This document shows positions 19,510 to 30,240 of a stretch of DNA of 64,000 nt, in pieces (the stretch's first letter is position 1; every line of letters starts with the position of its first letter). The stretch is from Gammaproteobacteria bacterium (lineage in GTDB: Bacteria > Pseudomonadota > Gammaproteobacteria > Eutrophobiales > Eutrophobiaceae): NCBI GenBank assembly GCA_965116495.1, contig OZ220696.1:2368001-2432000 (forward strand), written 5' to 3'. Under the pieces are notes generated by a model. It did not search any database. It was not told the DNA's origin and saw only the letters and a program-made list of their open reading frames with translations. The position numbers were made by a program, and so were the translations under genes.

Positions 19510-19683
19510 AGTCTATACCTCACTATCTCTTATCTTATTGAAAGAAATCCAAACGTGTCGGCTATTATACATGTCAGTGGAGAGCTGGCTGGTTCGAATC
19601 CGGTCACCCAGTGTGCTATAAATACAGAGTGCCCTTTATTAAACTCAGTCGTTTGCCGTAAATCGCAAACATCAGGAAAAAAT

Positions 19684-21303
19684 ATGAACGAAAATACAGG
19701 TGCAACATCAACGTCCGGCGCAAGGCGCGCTGAAGACGCAGACCCGACGCAACGGGTCGGCATCATAGGCGCCGGCATTGCCGGCCTCGTTACGGCCAAG
19801 ATCTTTCTGGAAAACGGGTTCGACGTCCAGGTGTTCGAAAAGGAACCCGACCTGGGCGGGGTCTGGGCTGTTTCACGGGCCTATCCTGAATTGCGGGCTA
19901 ATACCGCAAAGGAAACCTACAGTCTTACCGACTACCCCTACCCGGAAACCACGAGCGGGTACCCGGTCGCGGAGGAAGTGCGCGCGCACCTCGAATCCTA
20001 TGCAGATCATTTCGGCCTGTATCCCCATATCAGGTTCAACAGCGAAGTGGTCCACTTGGCGGAGGTCGATGACAACGGCAGGCAGGGCTTCAGTATGACA
20101 GTCCGCTCGACAGCCGATGATGACAAGCAGGAGAGCAGGGAGGACGCCCATGAATTCGCATTTGTCGTTATCTGCTCGGGGGCCTTTTCCTCGCCCTTTA
20201 TGCCGGATTTCCCCGGGAGGGAGGCCTTCAGGGGCCTGGTGCGCCATTCGAGTGAGTGGACCCATCCCGCGGTCGCTGATGTCCGGCGGGTGGCCGTCAT
20301 AGGCGCCGGCAAATCCGCACTCGATTGTGCCGCATGGGCTGCACGCGAAGGAAAAACGTCCACCATTGTGTTTCGCAAGCCGCACTGGATGGTGCCGCGC
20401 TACCTGCCCGGCGGCGCCCGCAGTGATTTACGGTTTATCTCACGGTTGATCGAGATGTTCGTCAACTACCCGGTTCGTCCCTGGGATGAGAAACTTTTGC
20501 ACGGCCCCGGTAAACCGATAGTGTGGCTCTGGTGGTCCTTTATTAGCGCAATTGTGCCCCGTATACTGGGCATGCCGGCGTATATGGTTCCCGAACATAA
20601 ATTACCAACCGGCTTTGAAAGCGTGGGACAGGTCGACGACTTCTTTGAACTGCTGAATGATACCCGCATCAGCGCCATACGGGCGGGCGTCAAAGGGTTT
20701 TACGAAACAGGCATCGAACTTGACGATGGAACGCAGGTAGAAGCGGACCTGGTCATCATGGGCACAGGATGGCAACGCGATCTGTCGTTCCTGAGTGAGG
20801 AACTGAGAGCAAAAGTATACAAAAACGGCCGCTTCTATCTATTTCGGCGGATATTACCCCCCGGGCAACCGAGACTGGCATTTGTGGGATTTTTTCCAAC
20901 CCTTACTTGCCCGTTGTCTTCTGAAGTAGGCGCGCACTGGACGGCACAGTTCTTCAGCGGAAATATGACATTGCCCTTGGCAGGAGAGATGGACCGGGAA
21001 ATCGACCGGCTGGAAAACTGGGCAAAAGAGAGGGTGCCGGAAGCTGAAGACGGCGTATTTACGGGGCCATATATCGGTCATTACGTCGATGACCTGATGC
21101 GTGACATGGGCATGCCGACCAGGCGTACAAGTAACTTTTTGCACGAATACCTCGGCACCTTCCTGCCGAGCCGCTATGGCACACTCGGACAGGAACTGAA
21201 GGCCGTCAAGGAAGGATCGTTCAAACGGCGCCCTTACCTGGGCAGCCTGCATGTGCTGGCGGCGATCATCGTAATCGTGATCTTGGTGCTCGTTACAGGT
21301 TGA
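19684..21303 (+). CDS. Flavin-containing monooxygenase (FMO-like, class B)
   Basis: GAGIAG, FRGLVRHSSEW, GAGKSA, MGTGW; C-terminal TM. Confidence 0.88.
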   Translation: MNENTGATSTSGARRAEDADPTQRVGIIGAGIAGLVTAKIFLENGFDVQVFEKEPDLGGVWAVSRAYPELRANTAKETYSLTDYPYPETTSGYPVAEEVRAHLESYADHFGLYPHIRFNSEVVHLAEVDDNGRQGFSMTVRSTADDDKQESREDAHEFAFVVICSGAFSSPFMPDFPGREAFRGLVRHSSEWTHPAVADVRRVAVIGAGKSALDCAAWAAREGKTSTIVFRKPHWMVPRYLPGGARSDLRFISRLIEMFVNYPVRPWDEKLLHGPGKPIVWLWWSFISAIVPRILGMPAYMVPEHKLPTGFESVGQVDDFFELLNDTRISAIRAGVKGFYETGIELDDGTQVEADLVIMGTGWQRDLSFLSEELRAKVYKNGRFYLFRRILPPGQPRLAFVGFFPTLTCPLSSEVGAHWTAQFFSGNMTLPLAGEMDREIDRLENWAKERVPEAEDGVFTGPYIGHYVDDLMRDMGMPTRRTSNFLHEYLGTFLPSRYGTLGQELKAVKEGSFKRRPYLGSLHVLAAIIVIVILVLVTG

Positions 21304-21305
21304 CA

Positions 21306-22313
21306 CTAACCATTCTGTAAAACGACCTTACCCATCTGGCCGAACGATTCCAGTAACTTATGGGCAGCGACCGCCTCGCTCATCGGCAATACCCGGTCTA
21401 CCACAGGTTCAATCTTTTTCTCGTTGACAAATTCCAGCATAGCTTTGAATTCGGCATTGGATCCCATCATCGTCCCCTGTATGCGTGTCTGGTTGAAAAA
21501 CAGCCTTGGTATTTCCAGACCTGTCGAAGGGACGCCGAGGGTGGCGCCGAAGAATACAAACCGTCCGGCAGGCCTCAGGGCGCCCAGAAGATTATTCAAG
21601 TCATCCCCACCCGCGCTGTCGATGACGGCATTAAATCCCCCTGCCTGTTTTTTAAGGGTTTTATGATAGTCTTCCTGCCTGTAGCTGATGCCGCCGGTAG
21701 CGCCGATTGACCTGGCTTTTTCAATTTTTTCCTCCGAACCGCTGGTCACGTAAACCTCGGCACCCAACGCGCTGGCCCACTGGATGGCAAAGGTGGACAC
21801 GCCGCTGCCGGCGCCCGTGACCAGCACGGTCTGCCCGGCTTGCACCTCAGCCTGCGTCACAACGGCACGCCAGGCCGTCAGTCCGGCCAGCGGTACCGCG
21901 GCTGCCTGCTCCCAGCCCAGGTGAGCGGGTCTGGCGTACACATCCGTAGCCGGGCAGCAGATGTACTCGGCAAACGTGCCCTGATCCGGCATACCCAGTA
22001 CGCGGAAATTCGGCCCGGACACGGCCTCGCTGTCACCCCATTCCCTGGCAGGATAGACCACCACTTCATTACCGACCATTGAATCATCAACACCTGCGCC
22101 GACGGCATCAATCGTCCCGGCGCCGTCGGAACCGGCTATACAGGGAAGACTCGTACGCGGATACCTGCCGATGGTGATCCAGTAATCACGCCGGTTCAAC
22201 GCGGAATTCCGGAGTCTGACACGCACCTCGCCCGGTCCCGGGTCGGGCGTGTCCACCTCCAATATTTTCAGGTTATCAGGACCGCCAAGTTCTTCTAATA
22301 CGATTGCTTTCAT
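21306..22313 (-). CDS. Zinc-independent MDR/quinone oxidoreductase family protein
   Basis: ALNRRD, GSDGAG, PLAGLTAWRA, GAGSGV. Confidence 0.9.
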   Translation of the reverse strand: MKAIVLEELGGPDNLKILEVDTPDPGPGEVRVRLRNSALNRRDYWITIGRYPRTSLPCIAGSDGAGTIDAVGAGVDDSMVGNEVVVYPAREWGDSEAVSGPNFRVLGMPDQGTFAEYICCPATDVYARPAHLGWEQAAAVPLAGLTAWRAVVTQAEVQAGQTVLVTGAGSGVSTFAIQWASALGAEVYVTSGSEEKIEKARSIGATGGISYRQEDYHKTLKKQAGGFNAVIDSAGGDDLNNLLGALRPAGRFVFFGATLGVPSTGLEIPRLFFNQTRIQGTMMGSNAEFKAMLEFVNEKKIEPVVDRVLPMSEAVAAHKLLESFGQMGKVVLQNG

Positions 22314-22404
22314 AATATGCTCCTTATATCGTTTTCTTATAAATCATGCTGATAGGGTAATTTTTACCGGTTACACAGAGAGAGTTTTGTGACCGCAAGA
22401 CTCT

Positions 22405-23397
22405 TTAATTCATTGAGTATAATGCCTTGAGAAATAACTGGGCACGGTGCTCGTCGCTAACGCCTTCCCAACTGGACTTAAAAATCTCAAACGCTTTTCG
22501 ACTGATTAAAATTGGTTGCGCCAGGTCCTTCTCTCCGGATGATATTTCAGCGTCTTCGATTGAAAACAGTTTCGCAGTTTTTATCAACGCATTACTGATA
22601 TTATCTTTTTCCAGATTTCCTAACTCTCGCTGAATTGCTTTTGCCGTCGTAGAGGAGACCCATATCTGAACTGTGTCATAATCAACTGGTTCACTCTGAA
22701 CTCGAAAATAATACAGGTTTTCATCGGACGGAGCGGGTACGTCAAAGTATGGTTGGATTTTGATACCTGCACTGGTGGTAACAGAGTACCTTTTCTTGTC
22801 GCTGTCTTGCTCATATATCCATAAGCTCTTGCTGCCTTTTCTTGTTCCTCTCGGCGGAGTTTCATTCCACTCCGCATAATAATGATCCGGCTGCGGAGCA
22901 ACTAATGGTTCTTCGAAATAAAGAAATTCTGTCAGGGAATCTTCCCATAATAACCATCCAATTCGCATATCCGGCTCTTTTCCAGCAGAATTTTCCCTGA
23001 CTTTCCTGGTCCGAATATCGATTAAATCTGAATACTGCTGAAATACATTACGCATTACTTCATCTGCCGGTAATTCTGTGTTATCGATTCTTATGGACCT
23101 TGTTGCAGCCGGGTGCATCATTGTAGTTCCACATACCGATTTAATTGGACGCTCTCGTAGCCCGGATACTCTGAGCAGTTTCTGTTCAACGCCTAAACCG
23201 GAGTAATTCACATCTATATTCAAGTTACTCCATCCGCTATGGGGGATACCTTTAGCCATGCAGTAAACCTCATTCCAGTCAGTTTCTTCGAGCTTACGTC
23301 CCATCATGTGGGCCACTTGAGTAGCAAGAAGCACTTTGGCTTTGGCGTATTCTTCTTTCGTAAAAGTCTTTTGTGTCGCGTTATGCTTACTGCTCAT
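22405..23397 (-). CDS. Putative PD-(D/E)xK restriction endonuclease
   Basis: Starts 2 nt after the MTase stop; KLEE helix followed by ID-VNYSGLGV-EQK; AT-rich. Confidence 0.55.
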   Translation of the reverse strand: MSSKHNATQKTFTKEEYAKAKVLLATQVAHMMGRKLEETDWNEVYCMAKGIPHSGWSNLNIDVNYSGLGVEQKLLRVSGLRERPIKSVCGTTMMHPAATRSIRIDNTELPADEVMRNVFQQYSDLIDIRTRKVRENSAGKEPDMRIGWLLWEDSLTEFLYFEEPLVAPQPDHYYAEWNETPPRGTRKGSKSLWIYEQDSDKKRYSVTTSAGIKIQPYFDVPAPSDENLYYFRVQSEPVDYDTVQIWVSSTTAKAIQRELGNLEKDNISNALIKTAKLFSIEDAEISSGEKDLAQPILISRKAFEIFKSSWEGVSDEHRAQLFLKALYSMN

Positions 23398-23399
23398 CG

Positions 23400-25568
23400 T
23401 CAGTTAACATTGCCTTCGGCGTCAGTGATCTGATTTACAAAATCACGAAAAGTAGAAAAATCCACAAGCTCATGGTTTTTGGGCAGCGCATACATTAACC
23501 ATTCGCTATATAGTCTGCGTAAATCGGGCTCATTATCACGAGTTACGTGCAGAAACTCTATTGTCGGAATTTCGTTTCGGCGACCGGTCATAAACATGGT
23601 AATTGATTCATCATTTTTTACAGCTTTTACCTGAGTATCAACCGACCCGGACGACGCATACTTTCGGCAATGCAAAACCAAATCACAACCTGCGGTATTG
23701 TTACTGACAAACTGTTTAAATGTACCGTGCTGTTTATCAAATATATCCAGTCGTTCAATAATAAAACCTGCCTTTTGAACTGCATTCTTCAAGGCATCCC
23801 AGACTTCCCTGGATGAGTTCATGAATACCAGCAACATCCAATGTCCGGTTCTCAAGACTCGATAGCACTCGGATAGGCTTTCCCTCATAAGATCTTCATA
23901 ATCCCTGATACTTTTTCCTTGAACCTTATTCACTATTGCTTCCCGGGTGTTGTCTGTAAATTCACCAAGCCAGGCCTCCCAGAGGATGTTCATTTCCGAA
24001 TAATTTATATTACTGCCGAAAGGAGGGTCGGTAAAAATAAAATCCACCGATTCGTCGGGGATATAATTGAGTTCCGTTGCCGAATTGCAGACTACGGCTT
24101 TTCTTCCCCTATAGTTGACTGCTGTTGTTTCCAGATGATCAAGAATACTTGCCGCCTTGCGCTCAAAAGTTACAAATACGTTGGCTTCGTTAAAAATAAA
24201 CGGGACATTGAAACGTGCTGTATTGCCGCTACCGCCCCAAAAACGGAATTCAGATAGACGGGTAACTCTCTGGTACAAAGAGGTAAAGATAAACGCGATT
24301 GACGAAGCAAGCCTGGGATCGCTGAGTCTGTGAATCTCTTTCCAGATATGACTCATGGCCGCTAAATTACGACTGGTATAAAACCGATCAATCGAAGTTA
24401 ACCCGTGCTTGATTGGTTGGTTCAGGTTGACTCCATCGGGCAATTCTGTAACAGGAAAATAACCTTGCTGCAAGTAACAACCTGTATCAGCATTTTTTAT
24501 TATCGCCAAATCCAAATCTGTGAGTTGATGTTCGACCTGGGATTTCCCGCAACATTTATATCCGAGCATCACCGGTTCAGCTGTAGTGCGGCGTAATGAT
24601 CTTTTCTTTATGGTTTCTCCGCAGGTGGGGCAGGAAAACTCTTTGAGTATCTTGTGTTCCCGGACCGTACGACCATATTTTCGACAATGGTCCCATAATA
24701 AAAATTCAGCCTTGCAGTCCGGGCACAAGACGCTATACGACCATACGGTGTATAAAATTTCTGTGTCGTTTCCACACTCCCGGCACCCGGTTGTATAAAG
24801 CTTGCGCCTTACTTCTTCCACGGCGTCTGAAATAACTCTTATTGCCGCGCAGAATTCCGAAGAGGGAATAGATTCCGTAAAATTGTGACTTATAAAACAT
24901 GCAGCCGGGGAAAGTTCATTCAATATGACATCTACCCCGGCAACACGCGCGGCTACTCCGGTCATTCCACTGCCGGAAAACGGGTCGAAGACCACACCGC
25001 CCTCCGGCAGGTAATGGTTGATAAATTCGACAATCCCCTGTGGGGGTACTTTCGTGTGATAGGTATGGGCATCGTAGGTATATGTATTTTTACCTGCCGA
25101 CATCTCCAGTATTATGGGGTTGTTTTCTGTTCTCGCCGGCATTGAACGGTCCGCGAATATCTCTTTCAGACAATCCTCGCTGTCCATGATGAATTGACCG
25201 TTCTTCATAACGGAAAAAAGTGACGGGGCCGGAGTTTCCTCAATCTGTACTTTCGGCTGTCTGATAAACAAGTCGGATTGTTTTGACTGTAACCCTTGTC
25301 TGGTAGCTCCTCTTGATGCAAAAGTCCCATTTTGCAGCACTAGTGATGGGGGTCGAACTGTTTCGCCTCGCTGTATTTTTCCCAGCAGCTCAGAGATTTT
25401 TTTTTGTTGCTGGGGTGACGGCGAAATATAACTGCGTTCCCACTGCTGAACGGCGGCAAAAGAAGTGCCTATAAGCTGCGCCAACTCAGGTGTGGAAATA
25501 CGACAATGTTCACGTATCAACCTCAATTGATCTGAAATAGCTGTTTTCTCAAATTTCGTAGAGAGCAT
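23400..25568 (-). CDS. N-terminal XRE-HTH fused amino-DNA methyltransferase with zinc-ribbon insert
   Basis: HTH ISTPELAQLIGTSFAAVQQWER; HTYHTKVP; motif I DPFSGSGMT; CxxC pairs; motif IV TDPPF. Confidence 0.87.
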   Translation of the reverse strand: MLSTKFEKTAISDQLRLIREHCRISTPELAQLIGTSFAAVQQWERSYISPSPQQQKKISELLGKIQRGETVRPPSLVLQNGTFASRGATRQGLQSKQSDLFIRQPKVQIEETPAPSLFSVMKNGQFIMDSEDCLKEIFADRSMPARTENNPIILEMSAGKNTYTYDAHTYHTKVPPQGIVEFINHYLPEGGVVFDPFSGSGMTGVAARVAGVDVILNELSPAACFISHNFTESIPSSEFCAAIRVISDAVEEVRRKLYTTGCRECGNDTEILYTVWSYSVLCPDCKAEFLLWDHCRKYGRTVREHKILKEFSCPTCGETIKKRSLRRTTAEPVMLGYKCCGKSQVEHQLTDLDLAIIKNADTGCYLQQGYFPVTELPDGVNLNQPIKHGLTSIDRFYTSRNLAAMSHIWKEIHRLSDPRLASSIAFIFTSLYQRVTRLSEFRFWGGSGNTARFNVPFIFNEANVFVTFERKAASILDHLETTAVNYRGRKAVVCNSATELNYIPDESVDFIFTDPPFGSNINYSEMNILWEAWLGEFTDNTREAIVNKVQGKSIRDYEDLMRESLSECYRVLRTGHWMLLVFMNSSREVWDALKNAVQKAGFIIERLDIFDKQHGTFKQFVSNNTAGCDLVLHCRKYASSGSVDTQVKAVKNDESITMFMTGRRNEIPTIEFLHVTRDNEPDLRRLYSEWLMYALPKNHELVDFSTFRDFVNQITDAEGNVN

Positions 25569-25989
25569 TTCTATTGGGTGGATTCCTTAGTATCAGCAAT
25601 TACCGCGTCTCTTTGGACATTATACCTGAAAGCCGTGATGTTATGAGTTACCAGATGAACTACCTACCCACTCTGAAAAAAGAAAACCCGGACAATTCCG
25701 TTATACCAGCGGCGTGGTGATATAGTGGTACAATTTCTAAATGGCCAACGACATGGAAAATTTGACTAATTCGGAGTTGGTGGGCACCCAAGGTCTTCTG
25801 CAACAAATCATTCCCGATAAGCAGACAAGCAGAATTTTTTGTTTACTCATTAAGGATGTTTCTGTAGTTTTCGCAGGCGATTAGTCGATAGTAACCCAGT
25901 TTGAGATTTATTTCGCTTTGCCATACTCCTTGACAGATCATGCCACGTTTAGGGTACGAAAAAACTATAGAAAGCACTACACACTAATC

Positions 25990-26137
25990 AAGCCGAATAC
26001 GCCCTGTATTTCCATGAAGATGGACGTTTATCTGGTATATCCCGGATTATCTTTCTGGCATAGAAGCGAGAATCTTGAGCGATAAAGTCATGGATGGACT
26101 GCAGATCCAGCATGAGCGGTTCCGGTCATTTCACCAC
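25990..26137 (-). pseudogene. RelE/ParE toxin remnant
   Basis: VVK*PEPLMLDLQSIHDFIAQDSRFYARKII; TGA where a Trp is expected; similarity lost downstream. Left boundary approximate. Confidence 0.65.
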
Positions 26138-26310
26138 GAATCGATTTCTCGCTGAAGTTCCTCGCTAGTAATGGTCTTACCCTGTTCGACAGCTTCCTGT
26201 CCCTTCCTGATTTTATTCAGGACATGAAGCCGATACATAATTTCATCCATATCACTATCTTCCGGCATCCGGTCAATGATATTGATCGCTTCCTGTTTAG
26301 CTGCTTGCAT
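26131..26310 (-). CDS. Small ParD-like antitoxin (59 aa, below the ORF-track cutoff)
   Basis: MQAAKQEAINIIDRMPEDSDMDEIMYRLHVLNKIRKGQEAVEQGKTITSEELQREIDSW; overlaps the toxin start. Confidence 0.75.
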   Translation of the reverse strand: MQAAKQEAINIIDRMPEDSDMDEIMYRLHVLNKIRKGQEAVEQGKTITSEELQREIDSW

Positions 26311-26491
26311 GGTTTATTCTGTACCTTGTGATTGATTCGCTCATAGTATATCCGAGCGCAATAGAGAAGGAAAACGAACGAAGCATATCGGCAGGTAACC
26401 GGACTGAGATAACCCGCCTTGATAATGGTCTCTCTGGTGTGTAACCATGTGGCAAATAAACTACCCTGCCGCAAGCGGGCGAGGTATTAAT

Positions 26492-27169
26492 ATGGCATTA
26501 AAAGATATTACCCAAAAAGAAGTTAAGGCGGCGATTAAGGAGTTTGATAAAGAAGGAAGCGAAGAGATATTAAGGAAATATGGCGGGGGAAAATCCCGTC
26601 AGTATTATCTTGAATACAAAGGTAAATATTATGACCAGAAATTAATAGCACGTGTTGCACACGGTTATCTGCTTGGCGAACAACCCTTGAAGGCAAGAGG
26701 TAGGGGCACTCAACGCGCCAATGGTACTAAAACCAGGAAGCATTTAGAAAAACTTGGATTCAATATCGTGGACATTAACGCATTTCACTATCGTGATATA
26801 TCGGGCAACCTGTTACCTGAAGAAGTGGATAGCTCAATAAAGTATAAAGAGGGAGCAACTAAAACTGTAACGATTAATGCGTATGAACGGAATACGGGCG
26901 CCAGAAGAAAATGTCTACAACATCGTGGTTACAAATGCTCAGTATGTTCTTTCAATTTTGAAGACTTTTACGGAACAATAGGTAAAAATTACATCCATGT
27001 ACATCATGTCATCCCTCTCGCAGAAATTAAAGCTGAGTATGAGATTGACCCGGTCAATGATCTTGTCCCAATCTGTCCAAACTGCCATGCGATGATACAC
27101 AAAACCCGGGAAACACTTACCATTGAGCAGTTAAAGCAATATTTGGCAGAAAAAGCTGGAAAGACATGA
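26492..27169 (+). CDS. HNH endonuclease, McrA-like (type IV restriction candidate)
   Basis: N-terminal AAIKEFD...KYYDQKLI domain resembling the ScoMcrA head; EG...YERN...CSVC...HVHH...CPNCHAMIH. Confidence 0.82.
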   Translation: MALKDITQKEVKAAIKEFDKEGSEEILRKYGGGKSRQYYLEYKGKYYDQKLIARVAHGYLLGEQPLKARGRGTQRANGTKTRKHLEKLGFNIVDINAFHYRDISGNLLPEEVDSSIKYKEGATKTVTINAYERNTGARRKCLQHRGYKCSVCSFNFEDFYGTIGKNYIHVHHVIPLAEIKAEYEIDPVNDLVPICPNCHAMIHKTRETLTIEQLKQYLAEKAGKT

Positions 27170-27185
27170 ACGGGGAGAACGATTC

Positions 27186-28325
27186 TTGAGTGAATACCAG
27201 TACTACGAGTTCCAGGCAGTTGATCGGCCTCTCAATAAGCAGGACATAGCGGCATTGCGGGCGCTGTCTACGAGAGCGCGCATCACCGCGACGAGCTTTA
27301 CCAATCATTATAATTGGGGCGACTTCAAGGGCGACCCCACGCGGTTGATGGATCGCTGGTTCGACTTGCACCTGTATTTCGCTAACTGGATGTCACGTCG
27401 GCTGATGATCCGCTTACCGAAACGACTTATCAACCGAGACAGACTCGATACTTTCCTGCGCGACGTCAATAGCGTCGAAATACGAACGGCGGGCGAGAAT
27501 GTGATTATCGACATCTGGCACGACTATGAACCCTCCGAATTTACTGACGATGACGACGGTTCCGGCTGGCTCGGCGCACTGGCGCCGTTGCGGGCCGCCC
27601 TGCTTGCGGGTGATTGGCGGGCGTTCTACCTGTTATGGCTGATGGAGGCGCAAACCGGGACCCTGGAAGACGACGAGAAGGAACCGCTGGCGGGCATCGG
27701 CCCGCTTAACGTCGGACTTGAGACCTTCGCTGATTTCTTTCATATAGACCGCGATCTCGTGCAGGCTGCTGCCGAGGAGTCGCCATACACAAGCGGCGAT
27801 TCCCTTCCGATAGCTTCAACCCGCGTAGCGGCTATCGCAGCAATTCCGGACGAAGAAAAGACAGCGTTACTGGAACGTTTGGCAGCGGGCGACCCTCATG
27901 TGATGGCGGAGGTTCGCAGCAGGATTCAGGAGGTCCTGGCGCCAACCACGACTGAAATACAGGATAGATGTCGAACAGTATCGACCCTGCGCGCCCGCGC
28001 CGCTGAAATATGCAAGGAGCGTAAAGCTGACGAAGCCGCGCAGGTGGAAGCAAAGCGGCAGCAACGGGAACGCGAGGCTGAAAAAGCGCGGCACGCACGT
28101 CTCAACATCCTCAGGCTTCGCGGCCTGGCCGTCTGGGATGATATCGAGAATGAAATTGAAAAACGTAATATTAACGGCTATGAGCGAGCAACTGACCTGC
28201 TTGCCGACCTGCGCGTTCTGGCTGAAGAAGACAACACGTCGGATGCCTATTCGGAGCGCCTGCGCGCCCTTCGCTCCCGACATTCCCGCAAGATCCGGTT
28301 CATTGAACAACTAACGAAGTTGTGA
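27186..28325 (+). CDS. Conserved hypothetical protein (SEYQYYEF..DRPL family)
   Basis: 379-aa ORF with recognisable N-terminus, FDLHLYFANW and GDWRAFYLLWL. Confidence 0.75.
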   Translation: MSEYQYYEFQAVDRPLNKQDIAALRALSTRARITATSFTNHYNWGDFKGDPTRLMDRWFDLHLYFANWMSRRLMIRLPKRLINRDRLDTFLRDVNSVEIRTAGENVIIDIWHDYEPSEFTDDDDGSGWLGALAPLRAALLAGDWRAFYLLWLMEAQTGTLEDDEKEPLAGIGPLNVGLETFADFFHIDRDLVQAAAEESPYTSGDSLPIASTRVAAIAAIPDEEKTALLERLAAGDPHVMAEVRSRIQEVLAPTTTEIQDRCRTVSTLRARAAEICKERKADEAAQVEAKRQQREREAEKARHARLNILRLRGLAVWDDIENEIEKRNINGYERATDLLADLRVLAEEDNTSDAYSERLRALRSRHSRKIRFIEQLTKL

Positions 28326-28411
28326 CAATTATGACGCGGTGGTGAGCTTTAAACAGACAAGAACAAGAGACCACATTCGCGGCGCAGGCACGGGATAAAA
28401 ACGGAAAAGTT

Positions 28412-29107
28412 GTGGGTTTGAACAAGGAGACAATCGAAACCGTTTTTGCAGAGTTCAGGGAAATGATTGCCGCGGATGAATCCAGTGAACCTGCCGGCAG
28501 TTTGAATGAAGGCGCGCGCATGCTGGTGCGACCGAATTTTATTGAAGACATGATAGGTCTGCACAGCCCGCCTGAAGACATGATGCCTGCCGTAGCAAAA
28601 AAACTGGCAGCATCCGGTATTACTTCCATACAGGATCCATATACGGTTCCCGAACTGCTGGAATATTATGACTGGTTGGATAAAAGCGGGCAGATGACTT
28701 TTCGCATAAGAACTGCTTTTTTCAGCCACTCAGATGATGCTCATACTACAGGGAGGCTGGCACAGATCCCTGCACATGTTGAACTGTTCAACGCGCAAAG
28801 GGAGAAACTGAAAAACAGTAAACTAATCCAGCCGAATGCGGTGAAACTTTTTGCCGATGCCGTGTTGGAAGGCAACCCCTATGCCCGCCCACCCACATTA
28901 CCGGTTGCGGCGATTCTTGATGAATTTGAACAACTCCTGTTCTCAATCGATACCGGGACGGAATCGATCGAGATCAGACGTTGCAAGACATGTATGAAAA
29001 AGCCGAAGAGGGCTTGTCTGAACTCTATCAACAGGCAGGCCGGTTGGAGTTTGATAGAAGCAACCGCTAACCAGGCAAATTCAGCTGACTTTATTGCTTT
29101 CGATTGA
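28412..29107 (+). pseudogene. Amidohydrolase-3 (YtcJ-like) internal fragment
   Basis: GEP-like PAGSLNEGA, GITSIQD, AVKLFADAVLEG; both termini of the much longer family are missing. Confidence 0.6.
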
Positions 29108-29134
29108 ACACCAAGAGCGCGGTATCTTACCAAT

Positions 29135-29629
29135 ATGACCAAACCACGTGTATATGTTGAGACTACAGTCCCCAGCTTCTACTATGAAGAGCGCACCGCC
29201 CCGGATATTGTGGCGCGTCGAGAATGGACCCGGGGGTGGTGGGAAGATGCGCCCGAGCACTATGAGCTGGTCACCAGCCCAGCAGTGCTGGACGAGTTGG
29301 CTGGCGGCATACCGGAACATAGCGCAAAACGGTTGGAACTGGTTCATGACCTGCCTTTACTGCCTGTCGAGTCGGCCATCGCCGAGATCGTCCGGGAGTA
29401 TATCCGGCACAAGCTGATGCCGGCTGACCCGGGTGGTGATGCAATGCACTTGGCGCTTACGTCCTATCACGAGTGTGACTTTCTGGTAACCTGGAATTGC
29501 CAACATCTTGCAAACGCTAATAAGTTCGGACACATCCGCCGCATAAATGCTATACTTGGACTTTCCGTGCCAGTGTTGGTTACACCCTTGGAACTACTTG
29601 GGGATAGCGATGAGACAAAACTTAAATGA
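29135..29629 (+). CDS. PIN-domain toxin-like protein
   Basis: VYVETTVPS, DAMHLA, DFLVTWNCQHLANA, TPLEL. Confidence 0.88.
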   Translation: MTKPRVYVETTVPSFYYEERTAPDIVARREWTRGWWEDAPEHYELVTSPAVLDELAGGIPEHSAKRLELVHDLPLLPVESAIAEIVREYIRHKLMPADPGGDAMHLALTSYHECDFLVTWNCQHLANANKFGHIRRINAILGLSVPVLVTPLELLGDSDETKLK

Positions 29630-29795
29630 CCCGGTAATCGACGAGATTCGGGAAGTACGGCACCGTATCTCAGCACGCTTTGATCATGATCCCGCAAAGC
29701 TGGTGACCTTCTACATAGAGATGCAGAAACAATACCAGAACCGATTGATTAAGACCGCAAACAGTTCTGAACACAACGACCAACCGGCCGCCTGA
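29610..29795 (+). CDS. Small putative antitoxin downstream of the PIN gene
   Basis: DPVIDEIREVRHRISARFDHD; overlaps the PIN 3' end. Confidence 0.7.
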   Translation: MRQNLNDPVIDEIREVRHRISARFDHDPAKLVTFYIEMQKQYQNRLIKTANSSEHNDQPAA

Positions 29796-30240
29796 CACGA
29801 CGCCCTGCATCGACAGCCAATTCATTCTTGGCCAGTTTCTAAACGCACCGACCACGCTCCGCATGTCTATGGAGATGGACGTTTCCCAGAAATAATCTGG
29901 CTAATGAAAGGCCATGAACATATGAATGCCAAGCACCATCATGGAATGCACGAAAAAGGAACCAGATATCTGGAGAAAGAGACCTGTCCCAAGTACCAAT
30001 TCTGAAAAAACCGCAATCATGGGTTGCACACGCAGCCAGAGAATTCGACGTCGAAATCCATGTTGCTCCTTTACCAGACGAAAGGGAAAATGAAGTTATC
30101 TCTGCCCAAGAACGCCAGCGTATGGTAAATCCAACTGCTTTAAATGTTCAGAATAAGAAAGTTTGACGGTTTGTGGTCTGAACACCTTTATTAGGACATG
30201 TAGTGCAAACATTAAGGATATACAGGCGAGGTATTGAAAA

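Noticed and set aside
29800-30170. Possible gene remnants in the intergenic region
   Set aside because: Only short frames with no identifiable similarity
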